NCBI GenBank assembly: GCA_021815445.1
Contig: JAKAGM010000002.1
Coordinates: 95,511 to 159,510 of the forward strand
Direction: 5' to 3'
DNA: 64,000 bases
Source: a bacterium
GTDB lineage: Bacteria > Patescibacteriota > Patescibacteriia > UBA10025
Part shown: piece after piece, positions 28,574 to 38,572 of the stretch
Numbering within the stretch: the first letter of the stretch is position 1
How the letters are laid out: every line of letters starts with the position of its first letter
Notes under the pieces: generated by a model
Databases searched by the model: none
Told to the model about the DNA's origin: nothing
What the model saw: the letters and a program-made list of their open reading frames with translations, nothing else
Made by a program: the position numbers and the translations under genes

Positions 28574-29128
28574 CTACATTTGTCCGAGTTGCTTGAGCGC
28601 TTTGATCGCGCACAAGCCGCTCACCCACGCATCATAGCGCGGGTCATGCTTCCGGCGCTGATCCGCTGGAATGTTTACCCAGTCCTCACCGTGAATCTGG
28701 TGAGGGACCAGGCCGCACGCCAGCTGTAAGCTGGCGCAGTCTATTAGCGGGAACGGGCCTTTGAACTCCCGTTCCTTGAAGTCATCCCGCTGGCAAGCCA
28801 GCAGGAAACCCGCTTCAACTGGATAGCCGTTGTCGGCTATCACGATCAGGCGGCCTTCCTTCTCGGCCGCCTTGTCCCTCTGGGTCTGAAGCCAAGCCCA
28901 GAAGGTGTCACGGAGTTCCCGGCCGTTGCCGAAATTCTCCGTGATCTGCATCCCTGGCAGCACGTTCTGTGCAACCCAGGGATCAACCGGGCCCTCAATC
29001 GGGCACCGGCCGACGAATTCAGAGAGCACATTGCCCTCCGAATCCATTGTAATAGCTCCCACGGCAAACGCAGCGCCGAGGAGCGAGTTGGTCTCGCAGT
29101 CAAACACAATAATGTTTTCTACCTTCAT
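28574..29128 (-). CDS. DEDD-family 3'-5' exonuclease (DnaQ/RNase T-like)
   Basis: Exo I motif IIVFDCETNSL; size and later acidic/His residues consistent with DEDDh. Confidence 0.65.
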   Translation of the reverse strand: MKVENIIVFDCETNSLLGAAFAVGAITMDSEGNVLSEFVGRCPIEGPVDPWVAQNVLPGMQITENFGNGRELRDTFWAWLQTQRDKAAEKEGRLIVIADNGYPVEAGFLLACQRDDFKEREFKGPFPLIDCASLQLACGLVPHQIHGEDWVNIPADQRRKHDPRYDAWVSGLCAIKALKQLGQM

Positions 29129-29417
29129 TACAACCTCCCTTTCCAAGTGTATGTCTTGTGATTAGAATCATTTCACCAACTGCAACCCCCACCTTAGTTA
29201 CAAGATGAGGGAGCGCACTTGGTGCTAGTGATCGCCGTCTCGTTACATCGCCTCGAAAAAAATCGAAGCTTTTAGATTCCTGATAGCGGCTAGCGAAGTT
29301 GATGCGAACTCACCGGACCATCTCTCTCCAAACCAACTGTTCCGGTCAGGTGATCTCGCATACATACCTATAAAGAACAAATGAAAGAACGATACTGCAA
29401 AAGAACAAACTCCTTCT

Positions 29418-29565
29418 CTCCGAAAGAGCGTAGAGAAGAGACAGATGCGACCTTTCAATTGAATATGATTATGAGGTCGTCTGCTTCTCTCTCCTCTCTA
29501 CGCGCTTTAGGTGATACCAATAAAAAGGGACTCTGCTCGTTAACTGCGAGAGAGTCCCTTTTATT
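29418..29565. repeat. Long imperfect inverted repeat (about 30-bp arms) plus adjacent perfect 12-bp palindrome aaaagggactct/agagtccctttt in an 850-nt AT-rich intergenic region
   Basis: gagcgtagagaagagacagatgcgacct ... aggtcgtctgcttctctctcctctctacgcgct; palindrome 29523-29565. Confidence 0.4.
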
Positions 29566-29992
29566 GATCCAAGGTCATATCGTGAATAATTACTATAGCT
29601 CTTCGGCAGTTTTCACCGCCGCGTTCACCGTTCCCACTGTTTGAGCGGGGGAAGGTGCTCTCTCCATGCCCGCCCCGATTGCTATGAAGGGCGGCGCATA
29701 TCATTGATTCAATTTTCAAAGTTCGCTCGCTTCTCAGGTAACCATTTCTAGCGTAACGAGAGATTATATACCTAAAACAGAAACATGTCAATGCTTTTCG
29801 TCAAAAAATTACCAATATTATCAAAGTATAATGACTCCAACTATATTTTTATATGTCTGCTAAACTATGTTTGTCACTTTACGTTGACAAAGCTTACTAC
29901 CTATGATATACTTGATGTGGAAACAGATGTTTTGAGACGATCCAGAAAGTACAAGTGATAAATAGGTTATCCACAGGGTATAGACAATAAAA

Positions 29993-30760
29993 ATGGCGGA
30001 AAAAACGTCGGTAACAATAAAGACACTTGCCCAAGTAGGTCTCTCAGAAAAGGAGGCAACGATTTACGAGGCGCTCCTTCAGCTTGGTAAAGCTGGCATG
30101 GGTCAGCTCCTTGCCCGTGTCCCCTACAAACGAGGCAACGCCTATGACCTTGTTTACGAGCTTATGAGAAAAGGGCTTATTTCCGAAACGGAGGAACGGG
30201 GAAAAAAGGTATTTGCCATTGAGCCGCCGTCAGCATTAAAGGTACTCCTTGAAAACAGAGAGCAAGAGCTGAGACGCCAGCAGCAAACCTTGAGCGCAAG
30301 TCTCGATCAATTGCAATCAGCCTATCGATTGGCAATGAATAAGCCCGGCGTCAGATACTACGAAGGAAAAGAAGGGATAATAAAAATCTACGAGGAACTG
30401 CTCGAGAATAACCAGCCAATAGATAGCATTGAGGAAAAAGGCGATCTCCTTACCTACATTCCCGACTATGCGCCTCAGTACGTGAAAAAGCGCGTACAAA
30501 AAAAACTTTTTAATCGTGTCATTTCTCCAGATACCAACACACTCAACAAAACTGATAAAAACAAATTCATCGAGGCGCACCGCCTACCAGCCGATCAGTT
30601 TCCTTTCCGTATGGACATCAAAATCAGTGGAAACAAAATTTCCCTGATCACGTTCCAAAAAGAAAATGCCGTCGGCGTGCTGATGGATAATCCGGAGATT
30701 GCCGATAACTTCAAAATACTTTTTGAGTTTCTCTGGAGAAAAACAGCACCGTCAACCTAA
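29993..30760 (+). CDS. TrmB-family transcriptional regulator
   Basis: N-terminal winged HTH (LSEKEATIYEALLQLGKAGMGQL) plus C-terminal domain, about 255 aa. Confidence 0.65.
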   Translation: MAEKTSVTIKTLAQVGLSEKEATIYEALLQLGKAGMGQLLARVPYKRGNAYDLVYELMRKGLISETEERGKKVFAIEPPSALKVLLENREQELRRQQQTLSASLDQLQSAYRLAMNKPGVRYYEGKEGIIKIYEELLENNQPIDSIEEKGDLLTYIPDYAPQYVKKRVQKKLFNRVISPDTNTLNKTDKNKFIEAHRLPADQFPFRMDIKISGNKISLITFQKENAVGVLMDNPEIADNFKILFEFLWRKTAPST

Positions 30761-33750
30761 GCGGCCTTGTCGTGCTGGACGCTTTGCTCCACTCCGCCTT
30801 CCGCATCGAGACTACGAAGGTAATTTTTGTTGAGCAGGACATCATCGAGCGGAACTATCCGGCAACCTGGTTGGAGATTGGAGGTGATGGCATCCATCGG
30901 AGCCGTACCTCGGGCGATGACGACTGAAAGTGGAGCATCCTCTTGTTTGTAATCCTCCCCCTCTATGCCTTTACCGATAATGATAAATATTGAGATATCG
31001 AAATCGATGGCTCGATCCTGACGAAGCCGCTGTAAATCTTTTTCTACCTGTTGAAGTTCGGTGAATCGGTAATACCTCCCGAAATTCTCCCGGACGTTGT
31101 CATCGATATAGATACCGCCGTCTTTTAACTTTGCACAAACGTCCTGGATAAATTGGCCGTAGCGTTTTCGTTCCACATACACGGTCGAACGAACGCCGAG
31201 AGCGACATCTATCTGTTCGTCCTTCAGCCTAGCAACTTCATTAAATTCACCGAGGATAATGCCTGCAGGGTGGGCATTCAAGTGATCATAAAGATCAATG
31301 CCATCAAGGTTGTTTTTCGTGTATGCTTTCATATCTTGAGTCAGCAGTTCTCGCGCCCGCTGAACAGCCGGTGAAAGTTGCTGGATTGTTCGTTTTTTTA
31401 AATATCTCGGACCATCGGGAGTCTCTACTGCGTCGGAAGTTGGGATAGTTTCGGCGTCAGAAATCTTAGCTCCCATCTCAGCCATAATCTGTTTAAACGC
31501 ATTCGGATTCTGTTCCAGCCTCTGCCGGGTGTTTTCATCATAGGTGAGGGTATCATCTCCGGTCTTGCCTTGCTCGATGGCCATCACGGTCTTGAGGTAC
31601 TCAACGAGCTCACGCCGCTCATCGTGGGTAAGCGAGGTTCCAAGAGCTTTTTCCATCTTTTCATAATCAAGGAGGGCGTCCATAGGTACACTCGGATCGT
31701 AATACACCGCGTCACTCATTGCGAAATCTGCGTATTCATGACCTGTTCTATTGGCAATTCGCTGGTGTTTGGCTACGCCGCTCCCTGGGCCGAACTCTAC
31801 AAGAGTTTTGTCGCCTGGCCGAGATCGTCCGACGTCAGCCAAAAACTTCGTCGTATCGATGCCCAATCGGCGGTCATAGTCCTGAACACGACGGTCAACA
31901 CGCCAAAAAAGTTCTGGCATAGGCCTGAGTTTTCCCATAGCGGAGAGTGCACGGAGATACAGTCCCTCACTGCTCCACTGGGGATGCTCTGGCGTTGACT
32001 GAAGGCTTTCAAGGATGAGCTCCTGTCTCTGTCTGTAGCTGTTCAGGTCAACGTGATCTCCGCCGAGCGTTTCGGCAATTTTAATGAATTGCACCCTGAG
32101 CATCTCCTGCAGGGCATTCTCTTTTTTAAGTTCTACCAGCACTTCATCGATATCCGCCGGCCCCTTGTCCAGCTGATGGCGTACCTCTGTTAATAGGGAC
32201 TTGGCACGCAACATGAGACTCTCATACATTTCCTGCTCGGAGAATTTGAATTGCGGAAACATCGGCGCAAAATCGGTATGGATCCACTCCGCTTTTGCAC
32301 GCGCATCTTGAGACATCGTGGCGTACCGTGAAAAGAGTTTTTTTGCGTCTGCATCGTCGAGTCGCTCTGCTATGGCGAGCACCGTGTTGCCCATCGCGGA
32401 ATCTTGTTCAATGGATAAAAATGACTGTGCAATTTCATTCTTTGCGGCTGGGTGAGAGGCCAAGGCGTCTTTCATTCGTGAAAAACCTTCATGCTTACTC
32501 CCCGCAAGGTATTTTAAGAAATATACCTGTGAACGCAGCGGGAGCTCTGAGAAAGAGATCCTGACGTTTTGTTCTATCTTTTGCCTTAATGCAGGACGAT
32601 GAAGATGTTGCAGTAACAGTGAGGCCTCCTCTTCGCGCGTTTCGGCAAATGGATTGAGCTCCGTATCAGTCTCCAAAGACTCGGCCGGTTGGACATGCAC
32701 AGTTTGCGGATGTTTTTCCGAAAAGACACCTGGGTCGACTTTTCCCCAAAAACGAAGGATGTCGCTATGGTCAAAAACCCCAATTGCATTTTGCGCGATG
32801 CGCTGAACGCGTCCTTGGTGTCCCGTTGGCGCATCTGTTTCCAACTGCTGAGTGAGGTCTGGGTATGCCTCGCCACCGGCCTGGAGTGAATCAACAATCC
32901 TGCCCTCTCGCCGATCCCCGTGGTACTTTAACAAGCCTACTGATGGATTCTCTGCCTCATCGCGTACGCGCTCGAGAGCCAGCTCCGCCGTGTACCCAAG
33001 TATAGGGGAGTCATTGCGACGCTCAAGCTCTTGAATAATTTTCGAGACCCGCTGGTAGGCCCCCTCAGCCCAGTCTCCGTTGGCAACAGCTTGAGCTGCC
33101 ACAGTTTGCAGCTGATGGATTACATCGAGCTTGAGGGGCAGTGGTTGTTCGTCGACACGGTCGATGAGTTTCTTGATTGCGCCCTCGCCAGAAAAGCGAA
33201 GCCCGTACACAACCTCTCCGATCATGGCCTGTCCGAACCATCCTTGAACCTCAGGGACACGGGTCGCCTCAGCAGCCGCCAAAAGCTGATTGTCCAATGA
33301 AAGATGATTTGTGATATTAGGCGAGTACGAGAAAAGAAGCCCCTGTACTGAATCGAGGAAGTTGAGCAACTGTTCCCGCTTTTCCGGGTCTCCTGACCGC
33401 TGATTAACAAATTGTGTTAACTCATGAAAAAAAATTGCTACTCCATTGCTGTAGCGGGGAGTAAGTACACCCTGTTGGTATTCCGCACTGTCGCCGGTGA
33501 GGCGGGCAATTGAATCACCGACGATATCCGTTCCTATCATATCTCTGCCATGCCGATCTGACGAATTCGTGTAGAGTTCATCTAACCACTGGCGCGACCA
33601 AGAGCTGACACGCTCTTGAGCTTCACCGTCGAGCTCTGGTGACGAAGTGGTGTCTTTCTCCTTTTTCTCTTCCTTATCTAAGGAATCTCCATGAGTTTCT
33701 TGAGGTTGTTCCGGAAAGCCTATGTTTCTCATTGCTTCGTGGTGATCCAT
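30757..33750 (-). CDS. large (997 aa) protein with C-terminal class I SAM-dependent methyltransferase-like domain
   Basis: LVEFGPGSGVAK (motif I, E/DxGxGxG) and LKDGGIYIDD (motif IV-like) near C-terminus; N-terminal 600 aa helical, unassigned. Confidence 0.55.
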   Translation of the reverse strand: MDHHEAMRNIGFPEQPQETHGDSLDKEEKKEKDTTSSPELDGEAQERVSSWSRQWLDELYTNSSDRHGRDMIGTDIVGDSIARLTGDSAEYQQGVLTPRYSNGVAIFFHELTQFVNQRSGDPEKREQLLNFLDSVQGLLFSYSPNITNHLSLDNQLLAAAEATRVPEVQGWFGQAMIGEVVYGLRFSGEGAIKKLIDRVDEQPLPLKLDVIHQLQTVAAQAVANGDWAEGAYQRVSKIIQELERRNDSPILGYTAELALERVRDEAENPSVGLLKYHGDRREGRIVDSLQAGGEAYPDLTQQLETDAPTGHQGRVQRIAQNAIGVFDHSDILRFWGKVDPGVFSEKHPQTVHVQPAESLETDTELNPFAETREEEASLLLQHLHRPALRQKIEQNVRISFSELPLRSQVYFLKYLAGSKHEGFSRMKDALASHPAAKNEIAQSFLSIEQDSAMGNTVLAIAERLDDADAKKLFSRYATMSQDARAKAEWIHTDFAPMFPQFKFSEQEMYESLMLRAKSLLTEVRHQLDKGPADIDEVLVELKKENALQEMLRVQFIKIAETLGGDHVDLNSYRQRQELILESLQSTPEHPQWSSEGLYLRALSAMGKLRPMPELFWRVDRRVQDYDRRLGIDTTKFLADVGRSRPGDKTLVEFGPGSGVAKHQRIANRTGHEYADFAMSDAVYYDPSVPMDALLDYEKMEKALGTSLTHDERRELVEYLKTVMAIEQGKTGDDTLTYDENTRQRLEQNPNAFKQIMAEMGAKISDAETIPTSDAVETPDGPRYLKKRTIQQLSPAVQRARELLTQDMKAYTKNNLDGIDLYDHLNAHPAGIILGEFNEVARLKDEQIDVALGVRSTVYVERKRYGQFIQDVCAKLKDGGIYIDDNVRENFGRYYRFTELQQVEKDLQRLRQDRAIDFDISIFIIIGKGIEGEDYKQEDAPLSVVIARGTAPMDAITSNLQPGCRIVPLDDVLLNKNYLRSLDAEGGVEQSVQHDKAA

Positions 33751-33911
33751 GAATGCATTTTACTATTAATAAACAAATAAGAATACTGCAAAATTGGAAA
33801 AAAGTCAAGGTACCGCGCAAAAGGTTGACATCATTCATTCCCCCTGATACTATGCACCATCGATCTTTTTTCAAATTATCCTCCGGCAGAATAGGCAGAA
33901 AGGAGCGGTCA

Positions 33912-34274
33912 GTGATACATATTTGTCAATCTAACGCGGCCTGGACTGTAAAGCAGGGGTACAGCAAAAAAGTCCTGCTCACGGGTGACCAGATAGGCGT
34001 TCCCGGCGTATTGGTGCAGATGGTACGAGTCCGCCCCGGTGAAAAGGCTGAGATCCACTATCACAAGGGCTGTACGGAGATCTTTTTCTTTCCCGCCGGG
34101 ACCGGTGAATGGACCGTCAACGGCAAGAAAATCGAAATCTGGCCCGGTGATTTCCTGGTTATCCAGCCTGGTGACCGCCATTGCGTTCACAATCCGAACG
34201 CCCACGACTTGGTTTACACCGCCTTCAAAGTCAACGTGTCGCCGGAGAACGACTACTTCGAAGATAAGCCATGA
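33912..34274 (+). CDS. cupin-domain protein
   Basis: HYHKGCTEIFFFPAGTGEW...GDFLVIQPGDRHCVHN cupin motifs; GTG start after AAAGGAG. Confidence 0.6.
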   Translation: MIHICQSNAAWTVKQGYSKKVLLTGDQIGVPGVLVQMVRVRPGEKAEIHYHKGCTEIFFFPAGTGEWTVNGKKIEIWPGDFLVIQPGDRHCVHNPNAHDLVYTAFKVNVSPENDYFEDKP

Positions 34275-34400
34275 CGCTATCTTTGATTGGGCATACACGC
34301 TTCCTTAAGCACGGGGAGCGTTTTTTTTACCGGAGAATGTCCCATTTTTTGGATCCAACTAGAAAAAAATCAAGATTAGCGGTACAGTGGGTATTACCCT

Positions 34401-36410
34401 ATGAAATTCCAGCTTACCTCAACCTTTAAACCCACAGGTGACCAGCCCCGAGCAATTGCCAAGCTTTCAGCAGGTCTGAAAAAAGGTTTTAAAGAACAAA
34501 CACTTCTCGGAGTTACCGGTTCCGGCAAGACATTCACTATGGCAAATGTCATCCAGAACCTTCAGCGGCCCACGCTGATTATTTCTCATAACAAAACACT
34601 CGCCGCCCAGCTCGCGAGCGAGTTCCAGGATTTTTTCCCAAAAAACGCTGTAAACTATTTCGTGTCGTACTACGATTACTATCAGCCTGAGGCGTATATT
34701 CCACGGACTGATACGTATATAGAGAAAGAGACGAGCATCAACGAGGAAATCGACAGGCTCCGCCACGCATCGACGCAAGCGCTTCTCTCGCGTCGCGATG
34801 TCATCATCGTTGCGTCAGTCTCATGTATTTACGGCTTAGGCTCGCCGGCGGAGTATAAGCGCGGGGCGGTCACCCTGCAGAAAGGCAAAAGTTTTTCCCG
34901 CCAAGCGCTCCTTGAACAGCTTGTCCGCATGCAGTTCGAACGGAACCAGATCGACCTGTGGCGGGGCAGGTTCCGCGTGACAGGGGAGACTGTCGACATT
35001 TTTCCGGCTCTCGCGGAGGACAGTTATTACCGGCTCAGCTTTTTCGGCGACAAACTCGATTCGATTGAAGAAGTGGACGCAATTACCGGAAAAACGCGCT
35101 CCTCGCTCCCCGCTGTCGACATTTACCCTGCAACGCACTATTTAGCTCCGACGGACAATCTGGACAAAACTTTTAAAAAAATACGCGAAGACCTCGATAC
35201 CCAGGTAAAAAAATTCACGAAAGAAAATAAGCCCCTCGAGGCGGAACGGCTCCAGCAGCGGGTGAACTTTGATCTCGATATGATCAAACAGACCGGCTTC
35301 TGCAGCGGCATCGAGAACTACTCTCGGTACTTTGACGGGAGGAAGCCGGGGACGCCGCCCTACACGCTGATGGACTTTTTTCCCAAAGACTACCTGCTTT
35401 TTATAGACGAGTCGCACATGACTGTCCCGCAAATCAGGGGTATGTACGCGGGTGACAGGGCGCGTAAGCAGACTTTGGTTGATTACGGTTTCAGGCTCCC
35501 GGCAGCGTATGATAACCGGCCGCTGAATTATCCCGAGTTTAGCAAACATATCCACCAGGTAGTGTACGTATCGGCAACGCCCGATGAGTATGAAAAAAGG
35601 CGGTCCCAGCAAATTGTGGAGCAGATTATCAGGCCGACGGGTTTGATTGATCCGACTATTGAGATACGGCCGACCAAACACCAGATTGATGATTTGATAG
35701 ATGAAATTCGGAAAAATACCAAGAAAGGACAACGGGTATTGGTCACAACATTGACGAAACGGATGGCCGAGGATCTCGCCGACTACCTCGAGGAATTAAA
35801 TATCAAGGTTCACTATCTCCATTCTGAGATAGATACGTTCGAACGGCTCGAGATCCTGCGTGACCTGAGGCTCGGGGTCTACGACGTCGTTGTCGGGATT
35901 AACCTGCTCAGAGAAGGACTCGACCTGCCTGAAGTGTCATTAATAGCGATTCTGGATGCCGATAAAGAGGGATATTTACGGTCGACAACGGCGCTCATGC
36001 AGGTGATGGGCAGAGCCGCACGGCACCTCGAGGGCAGGATCATTATGTACGCCGACACGATCACAGGATCAATGAAGCGAGCTATCACCGAGACCGAAAG
36101 ACGGCGAAAGATCCAGGAGCAGTATAATACGAAACACCACATTACGCCGGTATCCATCCGCAAGGCGATCAAAGAATCGCGGCTCGCGGGAAAGAAAACT
36201 GAGTCTGCACACGTTGTCGATGTTAAAGCGGTGCCCAAAGAGGAGCTTCCGCATATTCTCAAGGATCTCCAAAGCCAGATGGACATTGCTGCCAGAAATT
36301 TGGAATTCGAAAAAGCGGCTGAAATCAGGGATGAAATCGCCGCCTTGAAAGAAGTTCTCGGCGCAGGCCACAAAAAGTCAACACTTGCCAAACGTCGAAG
36401 TACGCAGTAA
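34401..36410 (+). CDS. uvrB: excinuclease ABC subunit B
   Basis: [11 protein letters not shown]..., GVTGSGKT Walker A, DESH box, helicase motifs and C-terminal UVR domain ([12 protein letters not shown]). Confidence 0.95.
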   Translation: MKFQLTSTFKPTGDQPRAIAKLSAGLKKGFKEQTLLGVTGSGKTFTMANVIQNLQRPTLIISHNKTLAAQLASEFQDFFPKNAVNYFVSYYDYYQPEAYIPRTDTYIEKETSINEEIDRLRHASTQALLSRRDVIIVASVSCIYGLGSPAEYKRGAVTLQKGKSFSRQALLEQLVRMQFERNQIDLWRGRFRVTGETVDIFPALAEDSYYRLSFFGDKLDSIEEVDAITGKTRSSLPAVDIYPATHYLAPTDNLDKTFKKIREDLDTQVKKFTKENKPLEAERLQQRVNFDLDMIKQTGFCSGIENYSRYFDGRKPGTPPYTLMDFFPKDYLLFIDESHMTVPQIRGMYAGDRARKQTLVDYGFRLPAAYDNRPLNYPEFSKHIHQVVYVSATPDEYEKRRSQQIVEQIIRPTGLIDPTIEIRPTKHQIDDLIDEIRKNTKKGQRVLVTTLTKRMAEDLADYLEELNIKVHYLHSEIDTFERLEILRDLRLGVYDVVVGINLLREGLDLPEVSLIAILDADKEGYLRSTTALMQVMGRAARHLEGRIIMYADTITGSMKRAITETERRRKIQEQYNTKHHITPVSIRKAIKESRLAGKKTESAHVVDVKAVPKEELPHILKDLQSQMDIAARNLEFEKAAEIRDEIAALKEVLGAGHKKSTLAKRRSTQ

Positions 36411-36802
36411 ACTCATTTTCATCCGTTCTTTGGTAAGTTTGCTAGCATAAAAAAACAGGTGTCCTCTTTGCGGACGCCTTCTTGGCTCTACTCCGTTCCA
36501 GGCAAGCGGAGCGAGCTTCTTGGCCCTCGCCGATCGCGCGTGCGAAATTTCCAGGTTTCTCCTGAGCCCTGCATAGCAGGGGCGTTGACGGAGATAATTC
36601 TCTAGTTATCTGCTTACCATACTGGGAATAACCCCTGGAGCTCGCATCTATGACCGGCGAGTTTTTTTGTTACCTGTAAAGGTCAGCCCGCTTAGCCAGG
36701 TGTGTTTTTTAGAATACCTAGTGTGCGCTGCAATTACCAATCAATTTATTGAAAAAAAAGAAGATTATTACCGCATAACTTATTGAAGTATTTTCATCTT
36801 TC

Positions 36803-36958
36803 CCCTCCGGGGTGGGCTCCACTTTTCTTTGCTTGTCCAAAGAAAAGTGGAGAGAAAAGAAAGGACAGCACGGCGCAAACTCGGCCGTTTGGAAAATATC
36901 TCCCTTTTTTCGCCGGCCTCAGACAGTGCGCCGTGCGAGGGAAAAATCCTTTTCTGGC
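36803..36958 (+). repeat. Structured intergenic repeat family, copy C
   Basis: Aligns to copy A over 150 nt with compensatory substitutions (gtcgcagcgc/gcgccgcgc vs agcacggcgc/gcgccgtgc). Confidence 0.6.
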
Positions 36959-37089
36959 ATTTACAAACCAGTCGTTTTCAAGACGGCAAGATAGAGAGCA
37001 CCAGTGAGAGCTGATGGTAGTTAATTTTTTGCCGATTAGTTTGAAAATAAAAAAAAGACCGTCTTTTTCCTCCTGGGAAAGACGGTTGA

Positions 37090-38439
37090 CTACACAAGGT
37101 ACGGTCGAAGATTTTTCGATCTGCTGTTGTGGCGAAGGCGTCTGATAGCCTTCTCCTTGATCTGGCGAATCCGTTCGCGGGTAAGGTTGAATCGTACGCC
37201 GATCTCTTCAAGCGTCAACGACTTCTCGTGGGAGAGCCCGAAATAGAGATCAATGACCTCAGCCTCCCGAGGCGTAAGAGTCTCCATCGATCTCTCGATC
37301 TCTACGCGAAGTGATTTCTTGAGAAGATCGTCTTCCGGTGACGGAGCGTTCTCATCCGGGAGCACATCGATGAGTGAATTGTCCTCGGAGGTGGAGAAGG
37401 GTGTATCCAAAGACAGGTGCGTGTTGGAAATTTTCATCGTGTCGGACACTTCAGACTCCGAAATCTCCATTTCCTTGGCGATTTCTTCCGGCGTCGGTTC
37501 GCGTCCGAGTTCCTGTTCGAGAGCCGAAGATGTTTTGCCGATTTTGTGAAGAGTGCCTACTCGATTTAAGGGGAGACGCACGATGCGCGAGTGCTCGGCG
37601 AGCGACTGAAGGATCGCCTGGCGGATCCACCAAACAGCGTAACTGATGAACTTGAAACCGCGAGTTTCATCAAAGCGTTTCGCGGCCTTTATGAGTCCGA
37701 TGTTGCCATCATTGATGAGGTCGGCCAAAGACAAACCCTGTTTTTGATACTGTTTAGCGACTGATACGACAAACCGCAGATTCGCTTTTGTCATCCGTTC
37801 GAGTGCAGTTCGGTCACCCTGGTGGATGCGTTTTGCCAATGAGACTTCCTCTGCGGCTGTCAGTAACGGGGTGTCTCCAATTTCTTTCAGGTAGATATCA
37901 AGCGAGCGGTCCTCATCTTTGTAGCGTCTGCTAACCCGTATCGATACTGATGTCGTTGGTTCACTTGAATGTCCACGACCGGATCGAGAACTCCCGACAC
38001 TGGATTGTACGGGCATCGGTGCGAGGCGAGCCCGAACTACTTTTTTCGCGAGGATGACAACGGTCACCTGTGCATGTTCTTGGGCATTCCGCATCCAGAC
38101 ATAGAGCTTTGCGACTTTTAAGAAAAGCTTGTCGCTCAGCTCTTCATGATAGTCGGGCGGGAGGGCCGCGTAGATTTCATCCCAGTCGATTTGCCGGTGA
38201 TCTCCGTTTTGGGGCAGAAGCGCCAGGAGCCAGGCATGTTTACCCACCAATCCCCAGAACTCGTCCGGACCGATCTGTTGAAAGATGACGAACAGACGGT
38301 CTTCGTGTCGGCTTACAAAGGGTTCGAGGGGCTCGAGATCCTCCCGGCTTCCGTAAAAGCCGCGAAAGGCGGACATGGATATCCCGTCCATTCCCTTCAG
38401 CATTTCTCGAAGCAATTCAGCTCCCGTCATGTTCATCAC
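37090..38439 (-). CDS. rpoD: RNA polymerase sigma-70 factor with an unusual about 170-aa non-acidic N-terminal extension
   Basis: Regions 1.2-4.2 present (DIYLKEIG..., [38 protein letters not shown]); start uncertain. Confidence 0.8.
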   Translation of the reverse strand: MMNMTGAELLREMLKGMDGISMSAFRGFYGSREDLEPLEPFVSRHEDRLFVIFQQIGPDEFWGLVGKHAWLLALLPQNGDHRQIDWDEIYAALPPDYHEELSDKLFLKVAKLYVWMRNAQEHAQVTVVILAKKVVRARLAPMPVQSSVGSSRSGRGHSSEPTTSVSIRVSRRYKDEDRSLDIYLKEIGDTPLLTAAEEVSLAKRIHQGDRTALERMTKANLRFVVSVAKQYQKQGLSLADLINDGNIGLIKAAKRFDETRGFKFISYAVWWIRQAILQSLAEHSRIVRLPLNRVGTLHKIGKTSSALEQELGREPTPEEIAKEMEISESEVSDTMKISNTHLSLDTPFSTSEDNSLIDVLPDENAPSPEDDLLKKSLRVEIERSMETLTPREAEVIDLYFGLSHEKSLTLEEIGVRFNLTRERIRQIKEKAIRRLRHNSRSKNLRPYLV

Positions 38440-38572
38440 CTCCTTATGAACGGGAAAAAACGAGGGTTTAAGAATACAAATAATGTGAAAGACCTGTTTT
38501 CAGCACTACTGTACCATATGGCAAAAAAAATAAAAACCCCGTCTCTCGTATATTCCGAGAGCGGGGCGGGTA

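Noticed and set aside
36440-36675. Attempt to call SRP RNA / 6S / tmRNA in the post-uvrB interval
   Set aside because: ccaggcaagcggagcgagcttcttgg only loosely resembles the SRP helix-8 motif. No tRNA-like 3' end for tmRNA. Left as an unclassified candidate in the findings.
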